64,000 nucleotides of DNA, taken from Nitrosopumilales archaeon (GTDB lineage: Archaea > Thermoproteota > Nitrososphaeria > Nitrososphaerales > Nitrososphaeraceae). Location of the stretch: assembly GCA_044507735.1 (NCBI GenBank), contig JBIQJB010000003.1, positions 1-64,000 of the forward strand, written 5' to 3'. Below are positions 49,423-60,166 of the stretch, in pieces (the stretch's first letter is position 1; the number at the start of each line of letters is the position of its first letter). Below the pieces are notes generated by a model. It was not told the origin of the DNA. It did not search any database and saw only the letters and a list, made by a program, of their open reading frames with translations. The translations under genes and the position numbers were made by a program.

Positions 49423-50943
49423 CTAGTTGCCAGCCATCATAGACGCGGCAGTGATGTTTGTCAGGTCAGGTACTGCTCTTGACGCAAAGTCAAGCAATGG
49501 CGCATGCCAGATGCCAAAGCCCACCATAAACACCATTGCAAAGACAAGCACCGCTACTATTGCCCGAGGCTCCTTCACAGGGCTCATGTCAGGTGCGTCT
49601 TCCATGTACATCTTTCTAATGATCCACGCATAGTAACCTAGCGAGAGGGCGCTGTTGAGGACACCGGCGATTGCAAGCCACGGACCCCATTCAACGAATG
49701 GGCCGGAGTTGATCGCAGCTCCAAAGAGTACCAGTTTGCTCCAGAATCCGTTGAGTGGAGGCACCCCTGCAAGCGCCAGGAGAGAGATTGAAAGTACGAC
49801 AGCGGTGATCGGCATGCGCCTGCCAAGGCCGCGGTACTTTTCAAGGCTATAGCTGGAGAGAGCGACAGCTACTCCTGCCACTGCAATGAATCCTGCAGAT
49901 TTCATGACCGCATGGTTCATTATGTGGAAGAGCGAGCCAGAGAGCGCCTGGTCAGAATACGGTGCAAGTGCAATGCCTATCAGGATATAGCCTGCCTGCG
50001 CTACAGACGAATATGCAAGGATCCTCGGGACGCTTCTCTGTGTCAGCGCGCCCAGGTTGCCAAGCGTCATGGTGAACACTGCCACCACCGCAAGCGTGAG
50101 CGTCCAGTCCATGTTGAGCGCAAACATTCCAAGCACGATCACGCGAAGTGCTGCAGCAAAACCGGCCTTCTTTGTGCCTGCGGCAAGCAGCGCGCCGATG
50201 GTTGTAGGAGACCCCTCGTAGGCGTCCGGAAGCCACATGTGGAATGGCACGAGACCCATCTTGAATCCAAAGCCTGCGATAAACAGCGCCACGGCAAACA
50301 GTCCGACTGGAACGAGGCTTGCGTCGAGGCTCGTCATAGCCCTGATTGAGTCGCCGATGTTAGTGGTGCCCGTGATGCCGTAGACAATGCCGATTGCTAG
50401 TACAATGAGCGCAGACGATAGTGCGCCAAACATGAAATACTTGATCGCTGCTTCGTTGGAAATCGGATCGCGCTTTGCAAAGCCTGCAAGAGCATAGGTT
50501 GGAATCGACATCAGCTCCCATGCTACAAACAGCATGACAAGATCGGTGGAGTACGCGATCATGATCATGCCGATGCTCGACAGCAGTATCAGCGAGTAGT
50601 ATGCTGCAGGGTTAGACTTGCCCTTGTAATAGTTCCAGGACGATGCCGTTACCATCAGGGAGACGATCAGGAGTGCGACTGCAAAGAACGAGCCAAACAG
50701 GTCGTCTACCAGCACTTCCTGGGAGAACGCCACTGCGGGCAGAACCTCTCCGGAGAAAATGCGGAAGATAACGATTCCCATGGCGATAACCAGAGCGCCA
50801 AACGCTATCCCGCTGTAGAGCTTGTTCCTGTCACGGCCCCTTTCGCGCCTGCCTGCATCAATTACAGGGATGGCCAAGCCTACCACGCCCAGTATTACCG
50901 TCACCAGTATTGGAGTAGACATCAGGTCAACCATTTTTTCCAT
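49423..50943 (-). CDS. nuoN: NADH-quinone oxidoreductase subunit N
   Basis: EAAIKYF, FKMGLVPFHMWLPDAYEG, RILAYSS. Confidence 0.93.
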   Translation of the reverse strand: MEKMVDLMSTPILVTVILGVVGLAIPVIDAGRRERGRDRNKLYSGIAFGALVIAMGIVIFRIFSGEVLPAVAFSQEVLVDDLFGSFFAVALLIVSLMVTASSWNYYKGKSNPAAYYSLILLSSIGMIMIAYSTDLVMLFVAWELMSIPTYALAGFAKRDPISNEAAIKYFMFGALSSALIVLAIGIVYGITGTTNIGDSIRAMTSLDASLVPVGLFAVALFIAGFGFKMGLVPFHMWLPDAYEGSPTTIGALLAAGTKKAGFAAALRVIVLGMFALNMDWTLTLAVVAVFTMTLGNLGALTQRSVPRILAYSSVAQAGYILIGIALAPYSDQALSGSLFHIMNHAVMKSAGFIAVAGVAVALSSYSLEKYRGLGRRMPITAVVLSISLLALAGVPPLNGFWSKLVLFGAAINSGPFVEWGPWLAIAGVLNSALSLGYYAWIIRKMYMEDAPDMSPVKEPRAIVAVLVFAMVFMVGFGIWHAPLLDFASRAVPDLTNITAASMMAGN

Positions 50944-50950
50944 GCACCAC

Positions 50951-53038
50951 CTATAGCATCAGGAGCATCACGATTATCATGATGCCCACCGCGAACACGA
51001 ACAGGTATGTCTGAGTGATTCCGGTCTGTCCCGCCTTGACAACCCGTGACATGTATGCCATCGAGTGCTGTAATGCAGGGTTCATTCCGTCGATTATGGT
51101 ACTTTCAAAGTATCTCCAGATAATGCGATATATCGCAAGTGGCCCTACCACTGCTCCCCAGTACAGGGCGGTGTTGAGGTACCACCTGTTGTAAAGGAAC
51201 TTCCAGATAGCTCTTGTGACAATGCTCCTTGAAATGATCTCCGGGTCTGCCTTCCTCGCTATGTAGAACAGGTAGCCGAGGGCACCGCCTATGGCAAACG
51301 CACCCACTGATGCGGCAGCTGCTATCGGGTGGAGTCCAAGAACCGTCCTGTCGCCTTCCGGCGCAATCGGGATCACCACTTCGTCAGCGTGCTCTCCCTC
51401 GCCACGAATTCCAAATGAATGCTCGAGGTAGCCGGTAAAGAGGTGGTGTATCTGCGCTTCAAACACAAAGCCGGATACGCCTATCACTATCGAAGCGACT
51501 GCAAGGATGGCAAACGGCACCCACATGCTGCGGCCTACCTCGTGGAGATGGCCATGGTGTTCCAGATCCTCCACGTTCTTGCTTGGCCTGCCAAAGAACG
51601 CCATTCCAATCATCCTGAAGGTGTAGAACGCAGTCATGATTGCTACAATGACGGCAATTGCAAAGAGTGGCCAAGCGTACTCATAGCCAGAGTCAAGCAC
51701 CGCAGCGAAGATCGCGTCCTTGCTCCAGAAACCAGATGTGAACAGTGGGGCACCCGCAAGCGAAAGGCTGGCCAGCAGCATAAAGACATACGTCTTCCTC
51801 ATGTGCTTCTTCAGGCCACCCATGTCCGTCATGAACCGGGAGCCTACAGTGTGCAGCAATGCACCAGCGCCCATAAAGAGTGATGCCTTGAAAAGGGCAT
51901 GGCTCATAAGGTGGAAGAACCCGGCAGTATAGCCATCTACGAAGTTGAGCGAAAGACCGGCGATACCGAGGCCCATCATCATGTATCCTATCTGGGAGCC
52001 GGTAGAGTACGCGAGCACCTTCTTAATCTCAGGGTTGACAAGCGCCTGTGTTGCAAGCAGGAACGCCGTTATTGCGCCTACCCATGCGACCACTTCGAAA
52101 AAGTCCTGAACGTCAAAGGCACCCAGCGTCGCAAGTGCAAAGAACAAGGGCCCGATACGCGCCACGAGGAATACACCGGCCTTGACCATGGTTGCTGCAT
52201 GGATGAGTGCAGAGACTGCGGTAGGGCCGGTCATGGCCTCGAGCAACCATTCGTTGAGCGGGAACTGGGCGGACTTGCCAATCGCTCCTCCAAAGAGCAG
52301 CACTGCTGCCGGGACGAGCAGGTTTGAATCCGCCATCACAAATGCCCATTGAGGATCCGCTACCAGCTCTTTGAATCCAAAAGTGCCGGCGTGCATGAAT
52401 ATCAAGAACATGCCGGCGAGCATCATGGTGTCGCCTGCGCGGGTCATAAGGAACGCCTTCATGCCGGCATGAGTGGGCGCAGCCCACATCGGAATGCCGC
52501 CGGCGATATGGCCTTCCCTGCCGACAAAGTCCTTCTTCCTGTCATGGTACCAGAACCCGATGAGTGCGTACGAGGCGAGTCCTACGCCTTCCCACCCAAA
52601 GAAGACCATGAGCAGGTTGTCTGACAGTACTATCAGCTGCATCGAGCCAATGAAGAACAGCATGAAGAACCAGTAGCGCGTCAGGTCCTTGTCGCCGTGC
52701 ATATAGCCAGTCGAGTATACGACGATAAGGAACGAGATCCATGCCACGAGGTTCGTCATGATAATGGAAAGTGGGTCTGCAAGGATGCCAGCCTTGAGCC
52801 CAAGTGAAGAGATCCAGGGGATCTGGCTGTGCACTTCGCCTCCATCCAGCGCAAGTGGGAGCAAGGTGGCTGCAGAAATTGCGCTGGCCAAGGCGAACGC
52901 TACCGCAGTGTAGTCGCGGGCCCGATGCCCGGCACGCGCTGCCGCTGCAATTATCGCTGCTCCTACAAATGGCAGTATCCATACCATCCATGCGTTTACT
53001 GCAATTCCTTCAAATCCCATAGCTTCTACCATTGTCAA
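50951..53038 (-). CDS. nuoL: NADH-quinone oxidoreductase subunit L
   Basis: GWEGVG, GKSAQFP..WL..AM.GPT.VSALIHAATMV.AG. Confidence 0.95.
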   Translation of the reverse strand: MTMVEAMGFEGIAVNAWMVWILPFVGAAIIAAAARAGHRARDYTAVAFALASAISAATLLPLALDGGEVHSQIPWISSLGLKAGILADPLSIIMTNLVAWISFLIVVYSTGYMHGDKDLTRYWFFMLFFIGSMQLIVLSDNLLMVFFGWEGVGLASYALIGFWYHDRKKDFVGREGHIAGGIPMWAAPTHAGMKAFLMTRAGDTMMLAGMFLIFMHAGTFGFKELVADPQWAFVMADSNLLVPAAVLLFGGAIGKSAQFPLNEWLLEAMTGPTAVSALIHAATMVKAGVFLVARIGPLFFALATLGAFDVQDFFEVVAWVGAITAFLLATQALVNPEIKKVLAYSTGSQIGYMMMGLGIAGLSLNFVDGYTAGFFHLMSHALFKASLFMGAGALLHTVGSRFMTDMGGLKKHMRKTYVFMLLASLSLAGAPLFTSGFWSKDAIFAAVLDSGYEYAWPLFAIAVIVAIMTAFYTFRMIGMAFFGRPSKNVEDLEHHGHLHEVGRSMWVPFAILAVASIVIGVSGFVFEAQIHHLFTGYLEHSFGIRGEGEHADEVVIPIAPEGDRTVLGLHPIAAAASVGAFAIGGALGYLFYIARKADPEIISRSIVTRAIWKFLYNRWYLNTALYWGAVVGPLAIYRIIWRYFESTIIDGMNPALQHSMAYMSRVVKAGQTGITQTYLFVFAVGIMIIVMLLML

Positions 53039-54777
53039 TGACCCCCTCCATCTCCACGTTGTGCAACTGGAATGTCAACCCCGCCATCATCCGGGGCCGC
53101 TGACCCTCCTTCAGCATGAACTGGAACCGGGAGCACTCCCTCATACCCTTCAAACATGCCGCTGATATGGTCTTCGATAGGTGCAAGGAACAGGTCAGGG
53201 TAAACGCCGACGATCAGCGTCAGCGCTGCAAGCACACCCATTGTGGCGGTGATATAGCGGTTTGAATCCTTTACGTGCGCAAGCTCCTCCGGCGTCTTGC
53301 CAAAGAATATGCGCTTGAACATCCACAAAATGTATGCAGACGATAGCACCGTTGCCAGTATACCAAACCCAAACATTGTAGTCCTCAGCGGATCCATGTC
53401 TGCTGCAGCAGTCTGGAGGACCCCGTTGAACAGGATCCACTCTCCCATAAAGCCGCTTGTGGGCGGGATCCCAATAATTGTGAGCGCACCAATCATTGCG
53501 AGAACAGCTGTGTAGGGCATCTTGCCTGCTAGTCCGCCCAGCTTTGACATGCTTCTTGTACCGGTCTGGAGGATGATCGAGCCGGCCATCATGAACAGAA
53601 TGGCCTTCCCCAGGCCATGGGTAACATACATCAGGGTTGCACCGGTGACGCCAAGAACGCTTTCAGAACCGATGCCAAACAGGATGTAACCCATCTGGCT
53701 GATACTGGAATAAGCGAGAACCTTCTTGATATCATCCTGCATCAGAGCCATTGCGCCGCCGTATATCATCGTGGCGAGGCCCCACATGTTGATGTAAAGG
53801 CTGTATTGTTCATAGCTGCCGGTCAGGAGCTCCAGCCAGAGTCTCAAAAGACCGTACGCGCCGATGCCGATCATGGCAGGAGACAGCAGGGCAGAGACAG
53901 GAGTCGGTGCCTCAGCGTGGGCATATGGGAGCCAGATGTGCAGGAGAAACGCTGCAAGCTTTACCCCAAGACCAACTACGAGTGCAAATACGATGAGAGG
54001 CATCCACTGCGCGGGGATGTTGGCCGCGTTTGCCTTAATGGTGTCAAAGTCAAAGCCGCCTGCAAAGAACCCCATTGCCAGTAGGCCCAGCAGTAGCACC
54101 ACTGCGCCGACATGGGTCCAGAAGAAGAACATCAAGGCTATTCGGCGCCTTGCTCCATAGCCATAAAAGGCCACAAGGAAGAAGGACGGCACGAGCATCA
54201 GTTCAAAGAAGACATAGAACTCGATCAGGTTCGTAGCCAGCACTGTGCCTAGCATCCCCATCGAGAATGCGAGATAGAGTGAGAAGTAGAGTGCCATCTG
54301 GTTCTTGACGCGCTGGTCGCTTTCAAGGACAGTCAGCTGGGAGCCAGATATGCTGCTGTTGCTGACGCGTCCGTGTGAACCCTCGTTGCCATGAGTGGAA
54401 GACGGAGTGCCGTTTCCATGGCCTTTATGCTCTGGCAGATCCTCCGACACTTTGTGCACCATGTACGGCTTTGAGTAGAGCGCAAGGACGGTGCATAGGA
54501 TATAGATTATGAGCGCAAACGGCAGGCTGAGGCCGTCCATCCGGAGGCCAAAGTTGCCAAACTGGCCCCATGCATAGCTTTCAGTGTAGACAGCAAATGC
54601 ACCCGTATAGATGCCGATGGCAGGTATCGCAAGGAGCGCTGTCGAGATCGCAAGGATGGCAAATGAAAACCATGTCGCAGCGTTTACGCCGAACTTTCTG
54701 CCAAGCCCATAGGCGACAGGCGCAAGAAGGAGCGGTATAAAGGTCGCTGCCAACAGGAAATAAGATGATTCTGCCAT
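53035..54777 (-). CDS. nuoM: NADH-quinone oxidoreductase subunit M
   Basis: FYVFFELML.P, HIWLP.AH.EAP, DIKKVLAYSSI. Confidence 0.93.
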   Translation of the reverse strand: MAESSYFLLAATFIPLLLAPVAYGLGRKFGVNAATWFSFAILAISTALLAIPAIGIYTGAFAVYTESYAWGQFGNFGLRMDGLSLPFALIIYILCTVLALYSKPYMVHKVSEDLPEHKGHGNGTPSSTHGNEGSHGRVSNSSISGSQLTVLESDQRVKNQMALYFSLYLAFSMGMLGTVLATNLIEFYVFFELMLVPSFFLVAFYGYGARRRIALMFFFWTHVGAVVLLLGLLAMGFFAGGFDFDTIKANAANIPAQWMPLIVFALVVGLGVKLAAFLLHIWLPYAHAEAPTPVSALLSPAMIGIGAYGLLRLWLELLTGSYEQYSLYINMWGLATMIYGGAMALMQDDIKKVLAYSSISQMGYILFGIGSESVLGVTGATLMYVTHGLGKAILFMMAGSIILQTGTRSMSKLGGLAGKMPYTAVLAMIGALTIIGIPPTSGFMGEWILFNGVLQTAAADMDPLRTTMFGFGILATVLSSAYILWMFKRIFFGKTPEELAHVKDSNRYITATMGVLAALTLIVGVYPDLFLAPIEDHISGMFEGYEGVLPVPVHAEGGSAAPDDGGVDIPVAQRGDGGGH

Positions 54778-54786
54778 GTTGATTTT

Positions 54787-55089
54787 CTAACCCCGCATAC
54801 TCCTGAATTCTGCTACATCTATCTCCTTGTACAGCCTGTATGCCACGATGATGAGCCCGAGGCCCACCGCCACTTCTGCAGCCGCTATGGCTATCGAGAA
54901 GAGCGCAAATGTCTGGCCCTGGGCGTTTGGAAGGCCCCTTGCAAATGCGATGACTGCAAGATTCGCAGCGTTGGCAATGATTTCTATCGAAAATAGCATC
55001 CTGATCGCGTTGCGCTTCACCACCAAGCCATAGATGCCGACGGCGACAAGCACCATTGACACAATTAGGAAATCAATCAGCTCGCTCAT
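54787..55089 (-). CDS. nuoK: NADH-quinone oxidoreductase subunit K
   Basis: RNAIRMLFSIE and AAAEVAVGL motifs. Confidence 0.93.
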   Translation of the reverse strand: MSELIDFLIVSMVLVAVGIYGLVVKRNAIRMLFSIEIIANAANLAVIAFARGLPNAQGQTFALFSIAIAAAEVAVGLGLIIVAYRLYKEIDVAEFRSMRG

Positions 55090-55603
55090 GTTGTTGTTGC
55101 TCCTCCACATCCTCTCTGCGCGCCAGTGCAAGCGCGGCAATTACAGACCCGGCAAGGGTCAACCCCATAAGTATGAGAACAGGTGCATAGTAAGTCGTCA
55201 TCAGCTCGCCTATTTGGACAAAGTCAACCGTCGACTCGCCGGCAAAGTTTCCAAACTGGCCGTTCAGCCCTGACGCAAGTAGCAAAGCTCCCAAGCTTGC
55301 CATGATTATCAGCATGAGTGCAATCCCCGCACCCTTGCGCTTCTTGTCCTCCTTTGTGGTAAAGAGGGCCTGAGTCCTCACCAGCATGACTGTGAATATG
55401 ATGAGCACCGCGACTGCGCCCACATAGACTGCGATCTGGAACATGGCGACAAATGGCGCGTCCAGTAGCAGGAAGAATCCGGCTATTCCAAGCATAGAGA
55501 TCGCAAGCGCGACTGCGCCATAGATCAGCTCGCGGGCTTCAAGCGCGATTATTGCAGTCCCAATAGTCAGCACCGCAACTGCAATGAACACAGGGTCAGC
55601 CAT
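55073..55603 (-). CDS. nuoJ: NADH-quinone oxidoreductase subunit J
   Basis: APFVAMFQIAVYVGAVAVL motif. Confidence 0.93.
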   Translation of the reverse strand: MADPVFIAVAVLTIGTAIIALEARELIYGAVALAISMLGIAGFFLLLDAPFVAMFQIAVYVGAVAVLIIFTVMLVRTQALFTTKEDKKRKGAGIALMLIIMASLGALLLASGLNGQFGNFAGESTVDFVQIGELMTTYYAPVLILMGLTLAGSVIAALALARREDVEEQQQHERAD

Positions 55604-56093
55604 GTGTAGCCCCCCTGTCGTCTATTACGATTTCAACGTCGCCCTGATACTTTGGTTTGACTGCCAGCTGGGCAGGAGTGTAAATCAGGTGTTCCTTTGT
55701 AAAGGAGGACAGCTCGTAGTCGTTTGTCATAAACAGAGCATAGAATGGGCAAGCATCCACGCACAGCCCGCAGAACACGCACTTGCCATAGTCTATCTGC
55801 GGCATAATACTCTTCTTGTTCTGCTTCCATGACTCGTCCACCTTGACCATCCCTATGGCTTCTGCAATTCCTTCGCATGCGATCGCGCAGAGCTGGCATC
55901 CAGTGCACTTGTCATGCATCAGGATGTGGCGCCCGCGGTAGCCGGCGATTCCGACGCCCCGCTTTGGATCAAACTGGTATCCGTCGCCCACAAACTTGAG
56001 CTTCTCCTGTGGGTAGCGGAAGGTGAAGCGCTTGATGATCAGGTGCTTCGACCCCGACTCTATAGCTTTGATAAAGCCGCCCGCAGATGTCAT
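55596..56093 (-). CDS. nuoI: NADH-quinone oxidoreductase subunit I
   Basis: Two CxxCxxCxxxC motifs. Confidence 0.95.
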   Translation of the reverse strand: MTSAGGFIKAIESGSKHLIIKRFTFRYPQEKLKFVGDGYQFDPKRGVGIAGYRGRHILMHDKCTGCQLCAIACEGIAEAIGMVKVDESWKQNKKSIMPQIDYGKCVFCGLCVDACPFYALFMTNDYELSSFTKEHLIYTPAQLAVKPKYQGDVEIVIDDRGATHG

Positions 56094-57361
56094 CTAACTA
56101 GCAGACCTCCCGGACCAAGTATTCCGCCATATATTAGTGCAAGGGCTACGAATATGTTGATGAACGCAAGGACGATCAGTTTGTACCAGCCGGTGTGAAG
56201 CAGTATGTCTATCCTTATTCTAGGGCTGATGCCTCTGGGCAGGAGCATGAGAAGTATCATGCCAAAAGTCTTGAGAGTGAACCACAAGGTGCCATTAGCA
56301 GCTTCCTGATTGTAGAGCGGGTTCATGTCGACTATCGGCGTCTCGACTGAAGGCGGGAAGACCATCGGGCCGGCCCATCCGCCAAGGAACAATATTACAA
56401 AGAGCGCAGCCAATGCATAGGTCTTCAAGTACGAGCCAAGCTGTATCAGACCGTAGATCATGCCCGAAGTCTCGGTAAGCCAGCCGGCTACAATCTCAGA
56501 TTCGGCCTCAGGGAGGTCGAATGGGATCCTCTCAAGCTCTGCCAGTGACGAGATGTAAAAGACAAATGCGCTAATCGGGAGGAAAAAGATGAACCAGTAG
56601 GACTGGATCTGCGACTCGACGATGCCAGTCAGATTGAGAGTTCCTGCCAGTATGACCACAGAAAGCGCCGACAGTATGAACGGGATTTCAAAGGCGATCA
56701 TCTGGTGAAGGGCACGCAGGCCGCCGATGAACGGATACTTGCTGTTGCTAGCCCATGAGAAGAGCAGGGCAATGAGCGGGAAGAACCCAAGTATTGCAAA
56801 GACCGCGAGCAGCCCCACATCAACATCTGCAACCACAAATCCTGGTGCGGCGGGTATCAGTGCGACTACTGCTGCAGCGGTTGCGACAAATGCTATCGGC
56901 GCTGCCCAGAAGAGGGGCTTGTCAGCTCCCGATGGAACAATGATCTCCTTGGCAATCAGCTTAAGTCCATCAGCGATCAGCTGGAGGATACCCTCTATTT
57001 TACCAGCATATAGCGGCCCGACACGCAGCTGCATCTTGGCGAGGAACTTGCGTTCGATAAAGATGGTTGCTGCCGCTATGAGGGCGGCGTATGTAAAGCC
57101 AGGGAACATGGCCACCCTGAAGAAGTCGCTTGCCATCAGCGTCTGGAGTACAGGAATCGCGCTCTGCGGATACAATATCGACGTCAAAAATAGGTACGGT
57201 GTCAGGACTTCTCCATTGACCTCGGGGAGTGGCACATAGAACAGGACCACGAACAGGAGTGGCAGTCCTACAAGTGTGACTATGATAATTATCCAGAATA
57301 TGAGCCAGAGCAGGCTCCCAACGAATTCTCCAAAGCGGAAGTTCTGCGGGTATGATGCCAT
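56090..57361 (-). CDS. nuoH: NADH-quinone oxidoreductase subunit H
   Basis: ERK...MQLRVGP, ADGLKL..KE, RIPFDLPEAESEIVAG. Confidence 0.95.
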   Translation of the reverse strand: MASYPQNFRFGEFVGSLLWLIFWIIIIVTLVGLPLLFVVLFYVPLPEVNGEVLTPYLFLTSILYPQSAIPVLQTLMASDFFRVAMFPGFTYAALIAAATIFIERKFLAKMQLRVGPLYAGKIEGILQLIADGLKLIAKEIIVPSGADKPLFWAAPIAFVATAAAVVALIPAAPGFVVADVDVGLLAVFAILGFFPLIALLFSWASNSKYPFIGGLRALHQMIAFEIPFILSALSVVILAGTLNLTGIVESQIQSYWFIFFLPISAFVFYISSLAELERIPFDLPEAESEIVAGWLTETSGMIYGLIQLGSYLKTYALAALFVILFLGGWAGPMVFPPSVETPIVDMNPLYNQEAANGTLWFTLKTFGMILLMLLPRGISPRIRIDILLHTGWYKLIVLAFINIFVALALIYGGILGPGGLLVR

Positions 57362-57365
57362 GTCT

Positions 57366-58526
57366 CTATCTATCAGCCTCCACAGGCCAGTAGTTGAGTG
57401 ACCAATAAGTAGCAGGCATGTCCGCCAGTCTCTGTCCTACAAGTAGGTAGGGCAATGCAAGGATGTTGCGGAACGAACCCACGGAAATCTTTACGCGGTA
57501 TGGCTTTGGCGTGCCGTCACTTATGATATAGTAACCCAGAGCACCCCTGCCCGATTCGACTCGCCTGTAAGCTTCGCCCGGAGGACCCTTGGGGTTTGGC
57601 TGGAGCTTGGCTCGCACTTCGCCTGACTGTGGCATCTTGTCAAGCAATTGCTCAATGATATAGCACGATTCCTTCATGTCCAAGAATGGCACGTATGACC
57701 TTGCAAAGCAATCCCCAGTCTTCATGTACTGGACCTTGAAATCAATCTCGTTGTAGATGTCATAAGGCTCGGCTTTCCGGATGTCGTACGGGATGCCGGA
57801 CGCGCGCAGGACAGAGCCCGTCACACCAAGCTTGACGGCGTCTTCCCTTGAAAGCACTGCCACCCCTTCGGTCCTCTGCCTAAAGAGGGGCATGTTGTAG
57901 AATATGTCCTCGTACTCTTTGAGGCGCTTTTGGAAGTACCTGATCTGCCGCAGGCACCTGTCCTTAAAGCCCTCGGGCATGTCGTTTCTCACGCCGCCAG
58001 GTATGTTGTATGCGTGTGTAACTCGGGCACCTGTGAGCGCTTCAAGAAGGTCTATCAGGAGCTCCCTGTCGCCGGCTGGCCACATGAACATTGTCGAATG
58101 ACCTAGGAATATGCCATAGATTGCAAGCCAGTAAAGCGTATAGACGCTGCGGTTGATCTCTGACGCGATCGCCCTTATGAATTGGCCGCGCCTGGGCACT
58201 TCAATTCCAACGAGCTCTTCGACAGCAAGGCTGTAAGCATAGGTAATGTTGGTAGAATCATGAATTACAGGACGCTCCAAGTGCGGGATGTTCTGGATGA
58301 CGTTTCTGTATTCGCACATTTTTTCTTCTCCACGGTGGACATACCCAGGATCGGGATCACAGTAGACGATATAGTCTCCGTCAACTTTGATTGTAAAGCG
58401 GAAGTGACCGGAGCCGGGATGCTGCGGTCCAACGCTGAGCGTCATCAGGCGGTCTTCTTCAGTTTCCTTAACTATTTGGAGTCCCAGTCTCTTTGATTCC
58501 TCAAACTTTTCATCTAGGCTTGCCAT
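57366..58526 (-). CDS. nuoD: NADH-quinone oxidoreductase subunit D
   Basis: GPQHP, GYVHRG.EK, C-terminal EADR. Confidence 0.95.
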   Translation of the reverse strand: MASLDEKFEESKRLGLQIVKETEEDRLMTLSVGPQHPGSGHFRFTIKVDGDYIVYCDPDPGYVHRGEEKMCEYRNVIQNIPHLERPVIHDSTNITYAYSLAVEELVGIEVPRRGQFIRAIASEINRSVYTLYWLAIYGIFLGHSTMFMWPAGDRELLIDLLEALTGARVTHAYNIPGGVRNDMPEGFKDRCLRQIRYFQKRLKEYEDIFYNMPLFRQRTEGVAVLSREDAVKLGVTGSVLRASGIPYDIRKAEPYDIYNEIDFKVQYMKTGDCFARSYVPFLDMKESCYIIEQLLDKMPQSGEVRAKLQPNPKGPPGEAYRRVESGRGALGYYIISDGTPKPYRVKISVGSFRNILALPYLLVGQRLADMPATYWSLNYWPVEADR

Positions 58527-58530
58527 GTCG

Positions 58531-59139
58531 CTATCTCCCCTTTATCCTAAAGTCTTTACGAAGTGGAGGGATGTCTGCCCAGTCTTCGGGTAGGAGGAAC
58601 CTCTCATTCCTCGGGTGACCCTCAAAGTATACCCCCAACATCTCGAACGTCTCCCTCTCGTGATATTCCACACTTTTATACACGTTAATTAACGTTGGGA
58701 GACGGGCGTCATCCCTGTTTGTACGCGTAGCTAGTGAGAAAACGTGATTTCCAAGGTCTTCCCGGGTATACGACCCAAGATGGTAAACAACTTCGATCTG
58801 GTTGTCCTTCGGGTAATCGACGCCTGCGACGGACTCGGCGTGATCCAAGCCGATGCTATCCCTCAGGAAAGTCGCAACTTCGACAATGTCCTTCGGCTCT
58901 ACCTGAATTTTGATCCTAAGAGGTTTTATGAAAACAGTCTTGAAGGTCGATTCGCCAAACTTCTTCTTTATCTCCTCAACCAACCCCTTTTCAAATGGTG
59001 GTGCCTCTGGCGCTTTGCTTGGAGGTGCTGATGCGGCTGCGGGCTTTGCTGCTGCTGGTGCAGGCGGCTTTGCAGCCGCAGGTTTTGGCGATGGCGGGCT
59101 AGCGGCGGGCTTGTTTGGCTCGTCCTTGTTGGCGCTCAT
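58531..59139 (-). CDS. nuoC: NADH-quinone oxidoreductase subunit C (Pro/Ala-rich N-terminal extension)
   Basis: ERETFEMLGVYFEGHP and PLRKDF motifs. Confidence 0.93.
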   Translation of the reverse strand: MSANKDEPNKPAASPPSPKPAAAKPPAPAAAKPAAASAPPSKAPEAPPFEKGLVEEIKKKFGESTFKTVFIKPLRIKIQVEPKDIVEVATFLRDSIGLDHAESVAGVDYPKDNQIEVVYHLGSYTREDLGNHVFSLATRTNRDDARLPTLINVYKSVEYHERETFEMLGVYFEGHPRNERFLLPEDWADIPPLRKDFRIKGR

Positions 59140-59140
59140 G

Positions 59141-59656
59141 CTACTTTATCTTTGACCTTTTGATCTTTTCCTGCAGCAACATGCAGCCCTGGATAAGCGT
59201 TTCAGGTCTTGGAGGACAGCCAGGCACGTACACGTCGACAGGCACAATGCCGTCAACGCCTGGAAGCACATTGTATGAGTCGATGTAGAGACCGCCAGTA
59301 ATGGCACATGCACCCATTGCAATCACGTACTTTGGCTCCGGCATCTGATCATAGACCATCCTCAGCCTCGGGGCCATCTTTCTTGTCACTGTCCCTTGCA
59401 CCACGATAAGGTCGCACTGACGCAGAGAGCCAAAGGCTTCTATGATGCCAAAGCGCTCGACATCATATCTTGGGCCAGAAGCGGCTCCAAACTCTACGCT
59501 ACAGCAGGCAGTCTCAAGGTGCACAGGCCAGAGTGACCAGACCCTCCCCCAGTTTATGGCATAGCCCAGCGGTGCGTCCAGCGCTCTAACCAGAATGTCG
59601 CTGAGCTTGCTCACCATCACGTTAAAGTTGGTGGGGCTGACGAGTTCTCTTTTCAA
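59141..59656 (-). CDS. nuoB: NADH-quinone oxidoreductase subunit B (TTG start after GAGGAGG)
   Basis: ACCSVE, GAC..GG and PGCPPRPE motifs. Confidence 0.95.
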   Translation of the reverse strand: MKRELVSPTNFNVMVSKLSDILVRALDAPLGYAINWGRVWSLWPVHLETACCSVEFGAASGPRYDVERFGIIEAFGSLRQCDLIVVQGTVTRKMAPRLRMVYDQMPEPKYVIAMGACAITGGLYIDSYNVLPGVDGIVPVDVYVPGCPPRPETLIQGCMLLQEKIKRSKIK

Positions 59657-59729
59657 TTGTGCCGGTCCTCCTCTCTTATTTCGTGTTGTTCTCCGCAGCA
59701 TGAATATTTAATACTTGTTAGCGAAACCA

Positions 59730-60104
59730 TCACCAAATCCCTTTCCTCCCTGAAAGATAGAGCGCATAGCCCATCGCTGCAAACATTATTCCCAGGAAGC
59801 CGATTATTGGAAGTGTTGCGGCGCGCGGGATGTTAAATAGCGCAGTTCCCCAAGCATAGAGAAAGATAGACATCACGTCAAAGACCACGAACATCAGAAT
59901 GTAAGCATAATACTGCATCATGAAATGCGATCTGCCTTCTCCTGTTGGCATCTGGCCACACTCCATTGGCAGGAACTTGACTGGGTTGTATCGGCGTCTT
60001 GGCGAAAGTAGTCTTGACAGAATTAACGCGGGCACCGCGGCTAAAAGGCCGAAACCGAGCATGTATAGGATCGGAGCAAACTCCGCGGCGGTTTCTCCAG
60101 CCAA
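59730..60104 (-). CDS. nuoA: NADH-quinone oxidoreductase subunit A
   Basis: ECG loop and FVVFDV...LY.W motif. Confidence 0.93.
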   Translation of the reverse strand: MAGETAAEFAPILYMLGFGLLAAVPALILSRLLSPRRRYNPVKFLPMECGQMPTGEGRSHFMMQYYAYILMFVVFDVMSIFLYAWGTALFNIPRAATLPIIGFLGIMFAAMGYALYLSGRKGIW

Positions 60105-60166
60105 GGCATGACTTGCTGTTTTTCGAAGGTATAAAAACCTAACGAGCAGGTGCCAATTTTCGCAAA

